A stretch of 64,000 bases of DNA from Phaeosaccion multiseriatum (taxonomy: Eukaryota; Protista; Ochrophyta, other classes), in contig OZ218955.1 in the NCBI GenBank assembly GCA_965112735.1, forward strand, positions 3,410,001 to 3,474,000. The letters run 5' to 3'. The position numbers and the translations under genes were made by a program. Under the pieces are notes generated by a model. It was not told the origin of the DNA and made no database searches. It worked only from the letters and a program-made list of their open reading frames with translations. This document shows, piece by piece, positions 43,921 through 57,100 of this stretch. Every line of letters begins with the position of its first letter. The stretch's first letter is position 1.

Positions 43921-45706
43921 TTAGTTTCCGTTGAAGGTGTAGGACATGCCGAGGAGGTCGTTGATGATGTAAGGGCGTCCGCTCAGCTGTTCGTGCACCA
44001 TCAGAGCGAGGATGCCCATCTGCGCGGCGCGGCCGTTGTTGAGCTCGATCGCCATCTTCGACTGATGGTGAAGAAGGAGGAGGAAGGAGGAGGAAGAGGG
44101 CCAGAGGCAGCACAGGGACGAGGAAAGGGGGGAGGAGTTAGGACGGAAGAAGAGGGAGAGTCACCAGGCCGTGCAAAATGGCACCCGAATAATGCGCTCG
44201 GCCTGCCTGACACGTCGGACAGGACCAAAGCAAAGCATGTCCTCGGCGGGCGTGTTCATGTGCCGGCGTCAACGGTCTCGCGCTAGACAAGCCCCCCGCC
44301 TCCAACCCCTCTCTCCCTCTTTCTCATGACATGGTTTCTCACCCTCTTCTTGTCCTCAGACATGTTGCCCCACACGGTGCTCTCCCGTCCGTCCTCGAAC
44401 CTACCACACACGCACGTGTGTGTGTGAGGGGGTGGTGAGGGAGGAGCGATTGGGAGGGAAGGTAAGTCCCGAGCAAGGCATGTCAATCAAACACAAGGAA
44501 GAAAACACAAAAGACCCATCCGCCACCTTTGTCGGAAAAGAACGAGAAGGAAGTGCTCCAAGTAGACATACTTATGTATGCCACCTGCACGCACCTGTTC
44601 ATGTCTCCCGGGGTGGAGCCCTCCACCTGCTTCATGATGAAGATCTCCATGAGGCCGATGAAGAACACGATCTGAGCAATGCCTCCGGCGGGCACCTTGG
44701 ACCATGCGGCCATGCCGTTGGGCACGTCCTCGAACTTGATGTTCTCGGAGATGGACAGGTAGCCCGGGAAGCCTGGGAATACCACGGATGGGGAGAGGGG
44801 GTGGGGTAGGCCGGTAAGGGGTAGGAGTCTGTAAGGCGATCATTGTCCGAACACATTTTCAGGAGATATGACAATATTGTCGTGAAAGCAAGGGCGGGGA
44901 GGGGCTTCCATCATCACTCCGGGCGAACACGCACAGAGGTCGGAGAATAAAATGCAACCAGACAACCATCCTCTCCGCACTTCCCCCCATGTTCCCATGT
45001 TCGCCTCGGCAATACTTACGGACGTTCTGCTGGGTGAGGTGACCGACGACGGCAAGCATCGCGATGCGGCCGTGCTTCACCTCGACAATGCGCAATCGGT
45101 CAAACCTCTCCTGGTCAGCCTCCTTGAGCAGGCCAAGAGGATCCCAGAAGCCAAGGGGCGCCTGGGCTCCCACCTCACCGCGGAAGTCCATCTTCATGCT
45201 GCAAACAGAGACGTGACAGAGAAGGGGAGCAGCAGGCGGTTACAGTAATCCTTCTTGTTCAATCCTGCTGACGTTTGCATGACAGAGCTGCAGAGTGCTG
45301 CATGGATATGCCCCGGTTCCTCGTCTCCCCAAGGCAATCCCAGCGGCACCATCGGATATGAAGCCACGCACTGACTTCCCCACCCCCGTCCTCTTCTTGC
45401 TCCTCCTCGTCCCCGTTGATACCATAACCCCAAAAAAAAGATTCCTCGCTTCGTCCCACATGCTGCACATCATCGATGGTCGTATAGACCAGTAATCCAT
45501 GTTTGGACAGCAGCAAGAGCACCCGTGGGGCCACAGCGAGCTCAGCAGTCCAAAAAAGAACGCATCTCAAACACATACGTAACACACCTGCTGGTGCTCT
45601 TCGCCACATTCCTCACCGTCACTCCCGTGAAAGCGGTGGGCTGCACAAAGGCAGATGCGCACCCAACGGTGGCGAGGGCGGCGGCGGCAATGGCACAGGT
45701 CTTCAT
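43921..45706 (-). CDS. Light-harvesting chlorophyll/carotenoid-binding protein (VCP/FCP, Lhcf-like), 5 exons
   Basis: Presequence MKTCAIAAAALATVGASA|FV, then GAQAPLGFWDPLGLL, RIVEVKHGRIAMLA, IELNNGRAAQMGILALMVHE, ending INDLLGMSYTFNGN*. Confidence 0.95.
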
Positions 45707-46009
45707 GGCTGATGGAAAAAGACTTTCGAAATGGGAGGGATTGATTTTGGTTCAATGCGACGGCACCATTTGGGCTCCCCCCGGGGGGATCTCACAGAAC
45801 TGGACCACCAACACGTGCAGATCTTTGTGATTCCTTCCGGATCTCTCCCTTTAATTAAATCCATAGAGAACTCTCCAGCATCTGAGTCCATAGAGAAACC
45901 TCTTCCCTCTCTATCCTTTGCGTCTATAGAGAACTCTTTTTCTCCTTACTCTCTTTCTCTCTCTCTTCTCTTTCTCTCTCTTCGCTCCCACTCTCTCTCT
46001 TCCCTCGAA

Positions 46010-46477
46010 ATGCATTTCACTTCCCGGCGCAGTCCTGTGCTGGGTACCAAGGCGGCTGTGGCCTCGAGCCAGCCCCTTGCCTCCCAGATTGGCGCCGATA
46101 TCCTCAAGCAGGGGGGAAATGCGATCGATGCATCAGTCGCCATGGCAGGTCGGTGTGCGCTTCCTTCCCCCCCCTGTCGCACCTCTCTACCCGCACCATC
46201 TGTCCCATACACTAAGCCAACTCTCCCTTCTCTTCCTCCCTGTGCGGCTATACACCCCTCAGCGGCTCTGAACGTGACCGAGCCGTGCTCCACGGGTCTG
46301 GGGGGTGACTGCTTCCTCCTATACTATCAAGCCAGCACCAAGGAGGTCCTCGCCCTCAACGGTAGTGGGAGGTCGGCATTGGACTTGACCTTGGAGCAGG
46401 CGAAGGTACCGATTATACAAGAGGACGGGGGCTGGCTATCTGATGTCTTGCCCCCTTCCGGCGGGAGCAGAGGATGG

Positions 46478-46516
<39 letters not shown>

Positions 46517-48069
46517 TTTATTTGATGTGGCTTTGCCTCCTCCTCCCTACCCTCTTGTAGCCGTCTCCTCTTAAAAGTCTGCCTCTCAACGTACCACCCA
46601 CACACCCCACCACCCAACCCTCCCTTCAGGCTGACGTAGGTTCTGAGCTGGAGGAGCTTCCCATGCATCACCCACACACTGTGACGGTGCCTGGGGCGGC
46701 GGCGGGCTGGGTTGACGCTGTTGAGCAATGGGGGACTGGGACCCTAACCTTGAGGGAGCTGCTAGAGGTTGGTGTGTTTGGGCATCGATTGGTGTGTTTG
46801 GGTGTCGGGGCTGCAGAGGTTGGCATGTTTGATATGGTGCGCACTCGCACTCCCCAACGTTTCCTGAAGACTACGGCACATCTCACAGCCTGCCATGACC
46901 CTCACATCCTGCTGTGTAACCCTTCTAACCCTCACCTTATCCTGCCATACACCTTACTACCTGCCGTACACCTGACAGCCTGCTATTCACTTGGCGGAGG
47001 GGGGATTCCCCGTCTCTCCGCTGACCGCACAGGCGTGGGAAGCAGGGATGGAGCAGCTTCAGAATAGCGAAAATATGCTCGAGTTGCTTCAGGCAAGCGC
47101 ATGTCTCTCTCCCTCTCTCCCTCTCCCTCTCCCGCTCCTTCTGTCTCTCTCTCTCTCTTTCTCCCTCCCTCCTCTCTCTCGTCTCTTTCTCTCTCTCCCT
47201 CTTGCCCTGTCTCTCTCTCCCCCTCTCCCTCTTGCCCTGTCTCCCTCTCTCCCCCCCTCTCTCTCTCTCTGTTTCGTCTTAAACAGTATCATGAGCTCAG
47301 TCTCACCGCCCCCCCGTCCTTGCTTCACTGACAACTGACAAACACAGGCCTCAGGAAAGGCCCCGCGTGCAGGGGAAATCTTCAAGAACAAAGAGCTCGG
47401 CTCGGTGTTGCGGGAGCTCGGCGACGGGGGCAAAGACGCCTTCTACAAGGGACGTATCGGCCAGGTGAGGCCTGCCCCTCCACCTCCCCTGCACAGGCAG
47501 GAGGGCAGGAGGGCAGGAGGGCAGGGAGGAGAAAGAGTGAGGCCTTCTCCTCTTGTGCAGGGGGAGGAGGAGAGGGTGGCAGGGGGGGGCAAGGAGGAGG
47601 AAGAAGGGGCGGCAGGTGATGCCTACTCTTGCTACGCACCGGGAAGGGGGGGGGGGGCAGTGAGGGCGCAACTCGTTGTCAGCAGCAGCAGCAGCAGCAG
47701 CAGCATGTTCTTGGTATTTTGAAGGAGGTATAGAAGGAAGAGTGGCAGAGGCATGGGCTGTATGATGGTCCACTCACGCCAGGTGCTCTCCCTGGTGCAG
47801 GAAAGGACAGCGGGATCAGTCTTTGCGTCCTGCCTCTTCTCTTTCTGAAGCTCTCCCCTTGCTGGCCCTCCTCCTCCTCCTCCTCCTCCTCCTCCTCCTC
47901 CTCCTCCTCCTCCTCCTCCTCCTCCTCCTCCTCCTCCTCCTCCTCCTCCTCCTCCTAAGGCCATCGTTGACATGGTGCGTGGTAAGGGCGGAAGGCTCTC
48001 CATGCAGGACCTTGCTCAGCATGAGTCCACTTTTCCCGTGCCCATCTGCACACAGGTGAGTGCGTGTGT

Positions 48070-48100
<31 letters not shown>

Positions 48101-51100
48101 CGCCACTCCTTGCGCCTTGTTCCTCCCTCCCTTCGGGTTAGTCAAGACTCCTGACCAGTCAGTGCTTCTGGCGAAGTAATCTTCTGAGGATGGAGGAAAG
48201 CTTCATCTATCTCTCTGTCGCCTCTCCTCCTCTTTACCTCTCCACCTCGTGGCGACGCCTTTGTCCGCAGCTCAAGGGTCGAACGATTCACGAGGTGCCT
48301 CCAAACGGTCAGGTACGGTACTGTACGGCGGTCGGGTAGGAAGAGTTGGAACGGTAGTGAGGTCAACCAACCAACAAGCCGAGGATCTCTTCCCCCCTCC
48401 CGCCTTTCTTTCTCCCTACGCCCCTCCTCCCTCACCCCCTCCTCCTCTCTCCCTCAACCCTTACCCCTCACCCCTCACCCCTCACCCTCCCTCTCCCTCC
48501 CTCTCTCCCTCCCTCTTCCATTCTTCCTTCTCGTTCCTGCATGACGCATCCTTTCCATACGCCGATCGGTGCCTCAGGGGATCACGGTGCTTCTCGCTCT
48601 AAACATTCTTAAGCACACGGAGATTCTCCAAAGGGAAAGGGACACCAACGACATGGACACGGCACAAACGGAGAAGGAGGGGGAGGATAAGAAGAAGGAC
48701 AACCCAAGCGCAAGCTCGAGGGCCCCCGCTTTGGAGCACAACTCGGCGCGGTATCTCCACTTGGTGATTGAGGTGAGTTTAGTGAATGACCAAATTGGTT
48801 GCAAGCTTTGGCGTTTGTTCACTGTGTGACACATTCTTCCGTCTTCCCTCTTCTCTTTACCTGCCTTTCGCCATCCATCCATCCATCCATTCATCCATCC
48901 ATCCATGTATTCATTCCTTTCCTCCCTCCCTCTCTCCCTCCCTCCCTCCCTCCCTCCCTCGCTCGCTGTACCAGGCGTTACGGCTCGCTTTCGCTGACAC
49001 CCGGTACTTTTGCACGGATATGGATGTGGAACACGTTCCTGTGAAGGAGTTGCTCTCCGACGAGTACGCACGGGTAAGGCTGGCGACGCAACAAACGGCA
49101 TATGGGCAAGGCAACATCCAGGCAGGCATATGGGCAAAGGTGCACTATGCTTCTTTTAAGAGTCCTGCCCCCCTTTCCCCTTCTCCCACCCTCTTTTGTC
49201 ATGTCCCGTTTGCCTCTCCTTCTGCAGGCGAGAGCAAAGCTAATAGATCCCTCCAAGTGAGTGAGGGAAGGAAGGAGGGACGGAGGGAGGGAAGGAGGGA
49301 CGGAGGGAGGGAGGGAAGGAGGGAAGGAAGCAAGGAAGGACGGAAGGAAGGAGGGAAGGAGGGAGGGGATGGCTTCTCCCACTCGACCACCGGACCTGAC
49401 CTGAATCAGTAGGGGGTGCTATATCATCAATTGCGCGCTGCCATTTCCCTCCCTCGCTCTCTCTAACCAATCGGAGCCCGCCTTCGCTCGCCCCTCCCCC
49501 CCCCCCGAATCTTGCATAGAGCAACTGCGGATGTGCGAAGAGGCACCCCTACTTCTTCCTCGTGTACAGTGAGCTTCCAGGTGGGTAGGTAGGTGGGTGG
49601 GTGGGTGGATGAGTGGGTGGGTGGGTGGGTGTCAGGACAGAGGGGGTGGGTGGGTAGGTGGGTGGATGGGTGTCAGGACAAAGGGGGGGTGGGTGTGTGG
49701 GTGTGTGGGTGTGAGGACAGAGGGTGTGGTGCGTGTGTGTATGTGCCCGCGTACATGTTTTATGTGTGTTTGTGCGCGTGTTTGTGTGGGACAGGATGGT
49801 GACGTCATGAGCGGGACATCTTCCAGTGTATCATGCCCCCCTTCGATCCTGTGCTCATACACTCCCTCCCCATCCACCCCGAATCCCACCCTCCACACCT
49901 ACCCAACCATTCACTCACTCACCCAACCACCCCTTCGCTCGCTCGCTCACCCACCCACTCACTCACTCACTCACTCACTCACTCACTCACTCACTCACTC
50001 ACTCACTCACTCAAAAGGTGGTGGATGAGTGGGGCAATGCAGTGTCCTTCCTGAACAGCAACTATCACGGCTTCGGGACGGGCTTCGTGCCCAAGGGGTG
50101 CGGCTTCACGCTTCAGAACCGAGGGAGCAATTTCTCGCTGTGCTCGGGTCACCCCAACGCACTTCAGCCCGGCAAGGTTAGTGGAGTGAATGAGCGAGTG
50201 AGGCAGGGAGGGAGGGAGGGAGTGAGGCAGGGAGGGAGGGAGTGAGTGAGTTAGTGAGGGAGTGAGTCCCTCGCACTCACACTCTCTCTCACCCACCCAC
50301 CCACCCACGCACCACGCACGCACCCACCCCTCCACCCCCTGCAGCGGCCATACCACACCATAATCCCCTGCATGGTGACATGGACAGACAGCGGTGCCCT
50401 TTGCACGACGCTCACTAACATGGGGGGCTTCATGCAGCCACAGGGGCATGTGCAGCTCCTGCTCAACCTACTCGAGTACGGCATGGACGCGCAGGTGGGT
50501 TATGTCAATGGGTGGGTGGGTGGGTGGGTGGGTGGGTGGGTGGGTGGGCAGGGCAGAGGGTGTCAGGACAGAGGGTGTCAGGACAGAGGGTGTCAGGACA
50601 GAGGGTGTCAGGACAGAAGGTGTCCGGACAGAGAGGGTGGGCGTGAGGTGGATGTGAGGACAAAGGTTTCAGGACTCAGGACTCAGTAAGGCCTACCGTT
50701 AACCTCCTGCTGCTGTTCGTCGGCCTACCCCGTCCCCTCCCCTACCCTCCCCTACCAACCCTCTTCCTCCCCTCCCCTAAGACCGCCTTGGACGAGGGCC
50801 GTGTTTGCATTATGTCGGGTACCGCTAACGGCGCCATTGGAGTGGAGGACAGCATCGGTGCTGAGGTCATCGCCCAACTGAGGGGCATGGGGCACCCCAT
50901 CACTGAGCTAAAGGGAGGACAACGCATCTGGGCGGGCAGGGCGCAGATTATACAAAGGAAGAGAGACTCAGGTGTGTAGGCGTTGTGTGCAGGTGACAGG
51001 GGAGTGAGCTCGACGACAGGCCTCCCGGGGTGAGGGGCCGGCGTGTGGGTGCGTGTGTGCGGATGGGCGTTGGGGTGGGTGGGGTGTGGGGAGTCCGTGG

Positions 51101-51461
51101 GAAGGTGGGTAGGTTGCTTACGTGGAAGATGGGGCAGAGGCACAGGCACCGGCACAGGCATTGAGACTGAGGGGGGACGCACGTCTGCTACTGCGTACTC
51201 AGTACAGCCTAGCCATGTCTGCCTCCACCGAGCCCCAGTCTCTAGTTGTTGGCAGTCTCTTCCTTGTTCTTGACAGCAGCCCCCTCTCGCCCCCCCTCCC
51301 GTGCATTGGATTGGATGAACGTATGTACGTACGTATGTGTCTTCTTTCTGCCCTTCTGCCATCTGCCCCCCACCCCCCTCTCTCCCCCGTTCCGCTCGTC
51401 AGGAGTGCTGTGGGCCGGCAGCGATGGCCGCGCGGACGGGTGCGCACTGGCCTGGTGCTGA
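46010..51461 (+). CDS. Gamma-glutamyltranspeptidase (Ntn-hydrolase, soluble YwrD-like type), many exons
   Basis: Motifs [122 protein letters not shown]. Confidence 0.93.
50560..50638 (+). repeat. 15-bp minisatellite (TGTCAGGACAGAGGG), ~5 copies, in a GGT intron
   Basis: Direct inspection; related copies at ~49630 and ~49670. Confidence 0.85.
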
Positions 51462-51847
51462 TTTTGCGCCTGGTGCCTTAGCCTGACAAGAAGCAGCAGT
51501 GGGGGGTGGGTAGGGGGAGAGGACGTCGGATGGGGTCCGACTGCGTTTCACTGGATGAATCCGCTTTGCCAACCGCCCTTCGACCCTTCTACACCCACCC
51601 CAGCAGCTTCCTCTCCCTCAAAACAGGAGGGTACGATTGTGTGCAAAGAGCGTACGGCCTTAGCTTAGCATCGAATTTTGATACGAAATTGATTGTCGAT
51701 CACGGTTTATTGGCTAAAAATAGATGCTCGAGAAAAAAGGTTTCAGTTTCACCTTTTCTCCCCCCCTCTCTCTGTGCCACTGCACAATTTACCCCTGTGT
51801 TGCAAGTACATTTTTAACGCCGTTTTTGTCCCCCTTTGGGCTGAAAT

Positions 51848-53388
51848 ATGTCTCTATCGAAGGAGACTGCAGAGGAGTACCTCGAGCGCTATAAAAAGGA
51901 GGTTGTCTCCTCCGCCACCGACAGGTGGGACAGGCGGAAAGAGGAAGAGGGGGAGAGAAAGACCAACATCACGCTTTTGTTCCTTCATGATTGCCTGCCT
52001 TCCTCGCGAGCCCCCAAAGCAGCCGCACCAGAGGAATGCGCAAACCCTACTTATAGGGGCCGCTTTGCCGTGGTAGTCCCTGCTCCTTTCGTTCTTGCTG
52101 ATCCCGGGCCTGTACGTCCTATTCTTGAATTCGCTCACAGCGACGTGTCCGCCCCTCCCCCCCCCCCTCCTCCTTCCCTTCCCCCCATGACAGCGGGAGC
52201 GTAGACGCTTTCTATTCAAGCGTGAGAGATAACGACCAAGTAAGTCCCACTGACAACTCACTGTCAAACCACAAAAACCCACCACTCCCACCCTCACCAC
52301 CACCACTTCAACCCGTCCCCAATCCCTGACTGACCACAACAGATTATTCGAGGCCTCTTCTCGCAGCAACGCGAGAGCTGGGTTGTGCCTGAGCTCGCCA
52401 CCGATGGGCCCACCAACAACGCCTACCTCTCACTCGTGCCCGTCTTCGATGCGGAGGGAAGAGCCAGGCCCGAATTTCGGAAGCGCGCCCTCAGCCCCAC
52501 GGAGCAGGCCCTGCCCAAGGTCTTCGACCTCGACGACAAGCAGCGCATCAGCACCGGGGGCGCCACTACGGTACCCAACTTCTCCACCTTCGACAACAAC
52601 TTCAACACGCTCTTCTCCGAGGGATTGCTGAGGCACCTCAACTGGGACAATGTCTTTGTGGCCGGAGGGAGCGTGCTCGCCTGTCTGCAGCCGGTCCCCG
52701 AGGAGAATGACGAGGGCAACCGAGCCAGACGCAAGTACTTCCACGACGAGGCCTACACAGGGAGTGACCTGGACATCTTCCTCTACGGTCTGGATGAGGA
52801 GGGAGGGCGTAAAAAGCTCAAGGAGGTGTACGAGGCGGTGTGTGAGGCTTGTCCACATGACGTGCTTTGCTTCCGAAGCAGCCACGCTGTGACTATCGTG
52901 TCACAGTACCCGTACCGCCATGTCCAGGTGGGTGCATTACGTCAATGGGGGGCTGGGAGGGGGGGGGGAGGCAGGGAGACAGGAGGGAGGTGGGGGGGGA
53001 GGGAGGGAGAGAGGACGGAGGCGCTAGTAACTACTTCGAAGTACATTGAAAGCACTCGCCTTCGTCCTCACCCCCACCCCCACCCGGAACCCCTTCCCTT
53101 GACCTCTGTCCCTGACCACCCTTTGCAGGTGGTGCTTCGTCTCTACAACTCGCCCCTCGAGATCCTCGCAGGCTTCGACGTGGACAGCTGCGCCGTGGGC
53201 TTCGACGGCACCAACGTGTGGACATCCCAACGCGCCCACCTCTCTCTGGTGTCTCAGCTCAATCGTATCGACATGACGCGACGCTCTCCTTCTTACGAGA
53301 TGCGCTTGGCCAAGTACGCTCAACGCGGCTTTGAGGTAAGCTGGGATAGTATTTGTTTACTGACTTATTGGAGTCACCTATGAAACTG

Positions 53389-53452
<64 letters not shown>

Positions 53453-54167
53453 CGTAGGTAGGCTGGGATGGGGCATGGGACTTGGCTTTTGGGCTTGGGG
53501 TTCAGATTAGATGAAATCAGATCAGAATCGTGATGGTAAAAAGAAAGGGGAGAGTTACGGTTCGTTGACTTACTAGCATGTACCGCTTCTTTTTTTATCA
53601 ACTCTAGATTGAGTCGTGGAGGATGGATTCGGATGGATTGATATATTAGGTCGTGGTGATCGATATTAGTGAAGGTCTTACTTGAACTGAACTGTGAACC
53701 GAACTGTCAACAGGTGGGCGTGGAGGGCCTGGAGAGGGACCGAGTGGACCCCATGATCTTTGAGCGGCCCTTCTCCAAGGTTTCCGGGCTGGCGAAGCTC
53801 ATGATCCTGGAGCGTCTGCGCACCCCCGAGGCCCGTCACTCCTACAGGGAGATGGGAAGACAGAGGAGTCTCAGGAGGCAGCAGCGGAAGACGTACCAGG
53901 TGCGTGCGTGTGAGTGCGAGCGTGTGAGAGTGGGTGGGTGCGTGCGTGCGTTGCCCGAGCCCTTACGTACCCCCCCCCCCCCCCCCCTTTGTGCTCTCTT
54001 GTCTTGCCTGCCCGCCCGTACTGACCTGACTGACTCGACTGCTCTTGATGTACGGCCTGTTGACTTTCTTTCTGTTTGTCAGAGTTTCATGAGAGACAAG
54101 TGGCTCAAGGACAGGATGGAGAGCTTCGGCAGCACCGCAGAGGCCAGCGACTACTCCACTGTGGTAC

Positions 54168-54198
<31 letters not shown>

Positions 54199-57100
54199 AA
54201 AGTCGTGCTAATTCCCCCTCCTCCCCTCCCCCCCCCCCCCCCGTAGTTCCTTCCCTGGGGCCCTACCTGGACGGCCCTCAAAGTGCAGAGGCTCATGATG
54301 ACGAAAGAGCAGCTTCTCAACAACGTGTGGGTCAACAACTTCAGACCCTACAACCTCCACCCTTGCTTCATTGGCTCGGCGGAGGAGGTGATAAATGATC
54401 AGTACAAGGACGACCCGCCAATCCCAAAGGAGATTGATCGTAAGTCACTGAGGGAGAGAGGGAGGGAGGGCAGGGAAGGAGGGAGGGAGAGAGGGAGGGT
54501 GAAAGGATGGAAGGGAGGAAGGCGGGGAGGAGATAAACTAACTCCCTTACTCATCCACTCACTTCACACACTCAAACACACCACACGAGTCCTAACCAAC
54601 CACCCACTGCCATCCACTGCCATCCACTGCCACCCCTCCCGACCAGCGGCCTCCCTGGCGATGTACGTGCGTGGGCCGCTCTCCTTCCTGGAGGACAACC
54701 CCGGCAGGCAGATGATCGGCAGCTTCAACCCCATCACAGGTATAGAGGCATTTGTAGGCATAAAGGCATTGTGTGCGTATGTGATGATCGGCAACTTCAA
54801 CCCCACAATGGCCTATGTGCCTGGGACCCCTGGCCCTGATCCTGAACCTCCTTCCCTCCTACCCCCTCACAGATGGCGACTGGTCGGAGGGGGCGTACTT
54901 GAGCATGGAGACGGAAGCGTTCTGCGCTGCAGCCCTCGTCAACGACACCGCCACTCTCAAGACCATGCTCGAAGCAGCAGTGGCAGCAGAGGCAGCAGCC
55001 GCGGCAGCGGCGGCGGAGGCAGCAGCAGCAGAGGCAGCAGCAGCAGGAGCAGCGGAGTCGGAGGCGGGGAAGGAGAAGGAGAAGGATAAGGACAACAAGT
55101 CAAGCTTCGTCCCGCCCTCCCTCCCTTCCTCCCTCAAGGCTCGCGACCACATCGGCCGCCCCCCCCTGCTGCTCGCCGTCATGGGCAAGGCGGAGGAAGC
55201 GGTGGGACTGTTGCTCCAAGCCGGAGCGGACCCTTCGGAGGCACTGCCGGATGGACGGAACGCCCTCCACGTGGCGGCTTGCTACGGCTTCTCGGCCATA
55301 CTGGACAGGCTCCTTGCACGAGTCACAGAGCTTGCAGGGCTGCAGAAGGAGGCGGCAAAGGCAGCGATGGCAGCGGAGGGGCAAGGGCAGGAGGGAGAAG
55401 GAGAAAGAGAGGCCATGGACGTCGATGGTGATGCCGAGGAGGAGAAGGAAGAAAGCGACAACGACGATGAAGACGACGAGGATGAGGACGGCAGTGAGGG
55501 AGACAGTGATGGCAGTGGAGGAGGGGGCGGCGCGAAGGCAAAGGCAGCAGAGGCGGCAGCAAAGGTCCAGGCCGATGAGAGCGCTGTCGACTACGAGGCC
55601 CTGCTGGACAGGCCCGACTGGGAGAACAGGTAAGTAGGTGCTTGTGTGTGTATGTGTGTGTGTGTGTGTGTGGTGGTTGCTTTCGATCAAGGGGAGGGTG
55701 GGCGAGACTCTGTATCCGTTGATCCCCCCTCCCTCCCCTCACTCCCTCCCTCCCTCCCTCTCTCCCTCCCTCTCTCCCTCCCCTCCCCTCCCTCCCTTAA
55801 AACTAACCCAACCAAAACAGATTCACCCCCCTCCACTGGGCCTGTGCGTTCGGGCACCCCGTGTGCGTCACCTCCTTACTGCGTGCCGGCAGCAAGTGCG
55901 TCAAGGCTGGAGGAGAGCCCATCCAAGCCGCTGGAGCGTCCGCCCCTTACCAATACGGTTACACGCCCCGAGTGGCCATGCCCATTCTCATGCTGCCCAG
56001 ACATCTTGTCGACTTCGAGGAGGGAGTCAAGGCCGCTGAGGAGATCGCCAAGCAGTTGGTGATTCACGGTGCCAGCTGTGGGGAGACGGACGCTTCGCAG
56101 AGCAACGTGCTTCGCCAGCTTGCATATGTAAGGCGTAGGACCTCACACACACCCACACCCTTGGGCTACATGTCCATTCAACCCACCCATCCACCCACAG
56201 CAAGGAATTGCATATATGCCCACATCCGTAAGGTGTATGCTCCATTCGTCGCCTCCCTCACCCCCCCATACCCCTCCCTCCCCCCCCCTCCCTCCCCCTC
56301 GCCTCCCTTCCCTTCCCTTTCCAGAACGGGGAAGAAACCTACCTCCGCATCATCCTCCGAGCGGACGCCGAGGCCATCGCCAAACCCGGGGGGCACTCGC
56401 CCCTCGCTCAGCTGGACAGGAGTCTGCACACCCCGCTGTTGGCTGCCATCGATGGGCAGAGGTGGAAGTGCGCGATTGCTCTGATGGAGGCGGGGTCGTC
56501 GCCCGTAACGGACGAGGCTGGTAAGAGGGGAAGAGGGTGAGGGGTGGAAGGGCTGGAGGGAGAGGAGATGAATCGAAGCTGGTGAGGGAGTAAGTAGGGA
56601 GAGAAAGGGGGTGAGGGTTGGAAGGTGGTATGGGGTGGAAGAGGTGGATAGTGGAGATGGGCGGAAGATGCTGAGAGGGAAGGAGTAACGAGGGAGGGGA
56701 AAGGGGAAGGAAGGAAGGAAGGGGGGAGGTCTTAGGCTTGCAACACAAGCTTTCTCCCGACCTTGCGCACATCCCACCCCTCCCCCCTAAAGGCTGGAAA
56801 CTGCAAACTGAACTCTGTTGTACTCTTCCCCTGTGATGCTGATGATGATGTGTTGATGTGTTGATGTGTTGATGTGTGGGCAGCTTGCAGCGTGGCTCGC
56901 CTCCGTGCCGCTCGAGGCAGGCAGACTTACCAGACAAGAGTGCTGACGTCAGCCAAGCCTGAGGTGAGAGGGAGACATACGTCTACCAAGAGAGGGATGG
57001 AGGGGGGAGGGAGGGAGGGTGGGGGGACGTGGGGAGGGAGCGAGAGAGGGAAGGAAAGGGAGAAAGGGAGGGAGGGAGGGAGGGAGGGAGGGAGGGAGGG

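Noticed and set aside
45731-46009. N-terminal extension of GGT from ATG 45731
   Set aside because: It starts 25 bp from the divergent LHC start and runs through a CT microsatellite. Family similarity begins at MHFTSRRS (46010).
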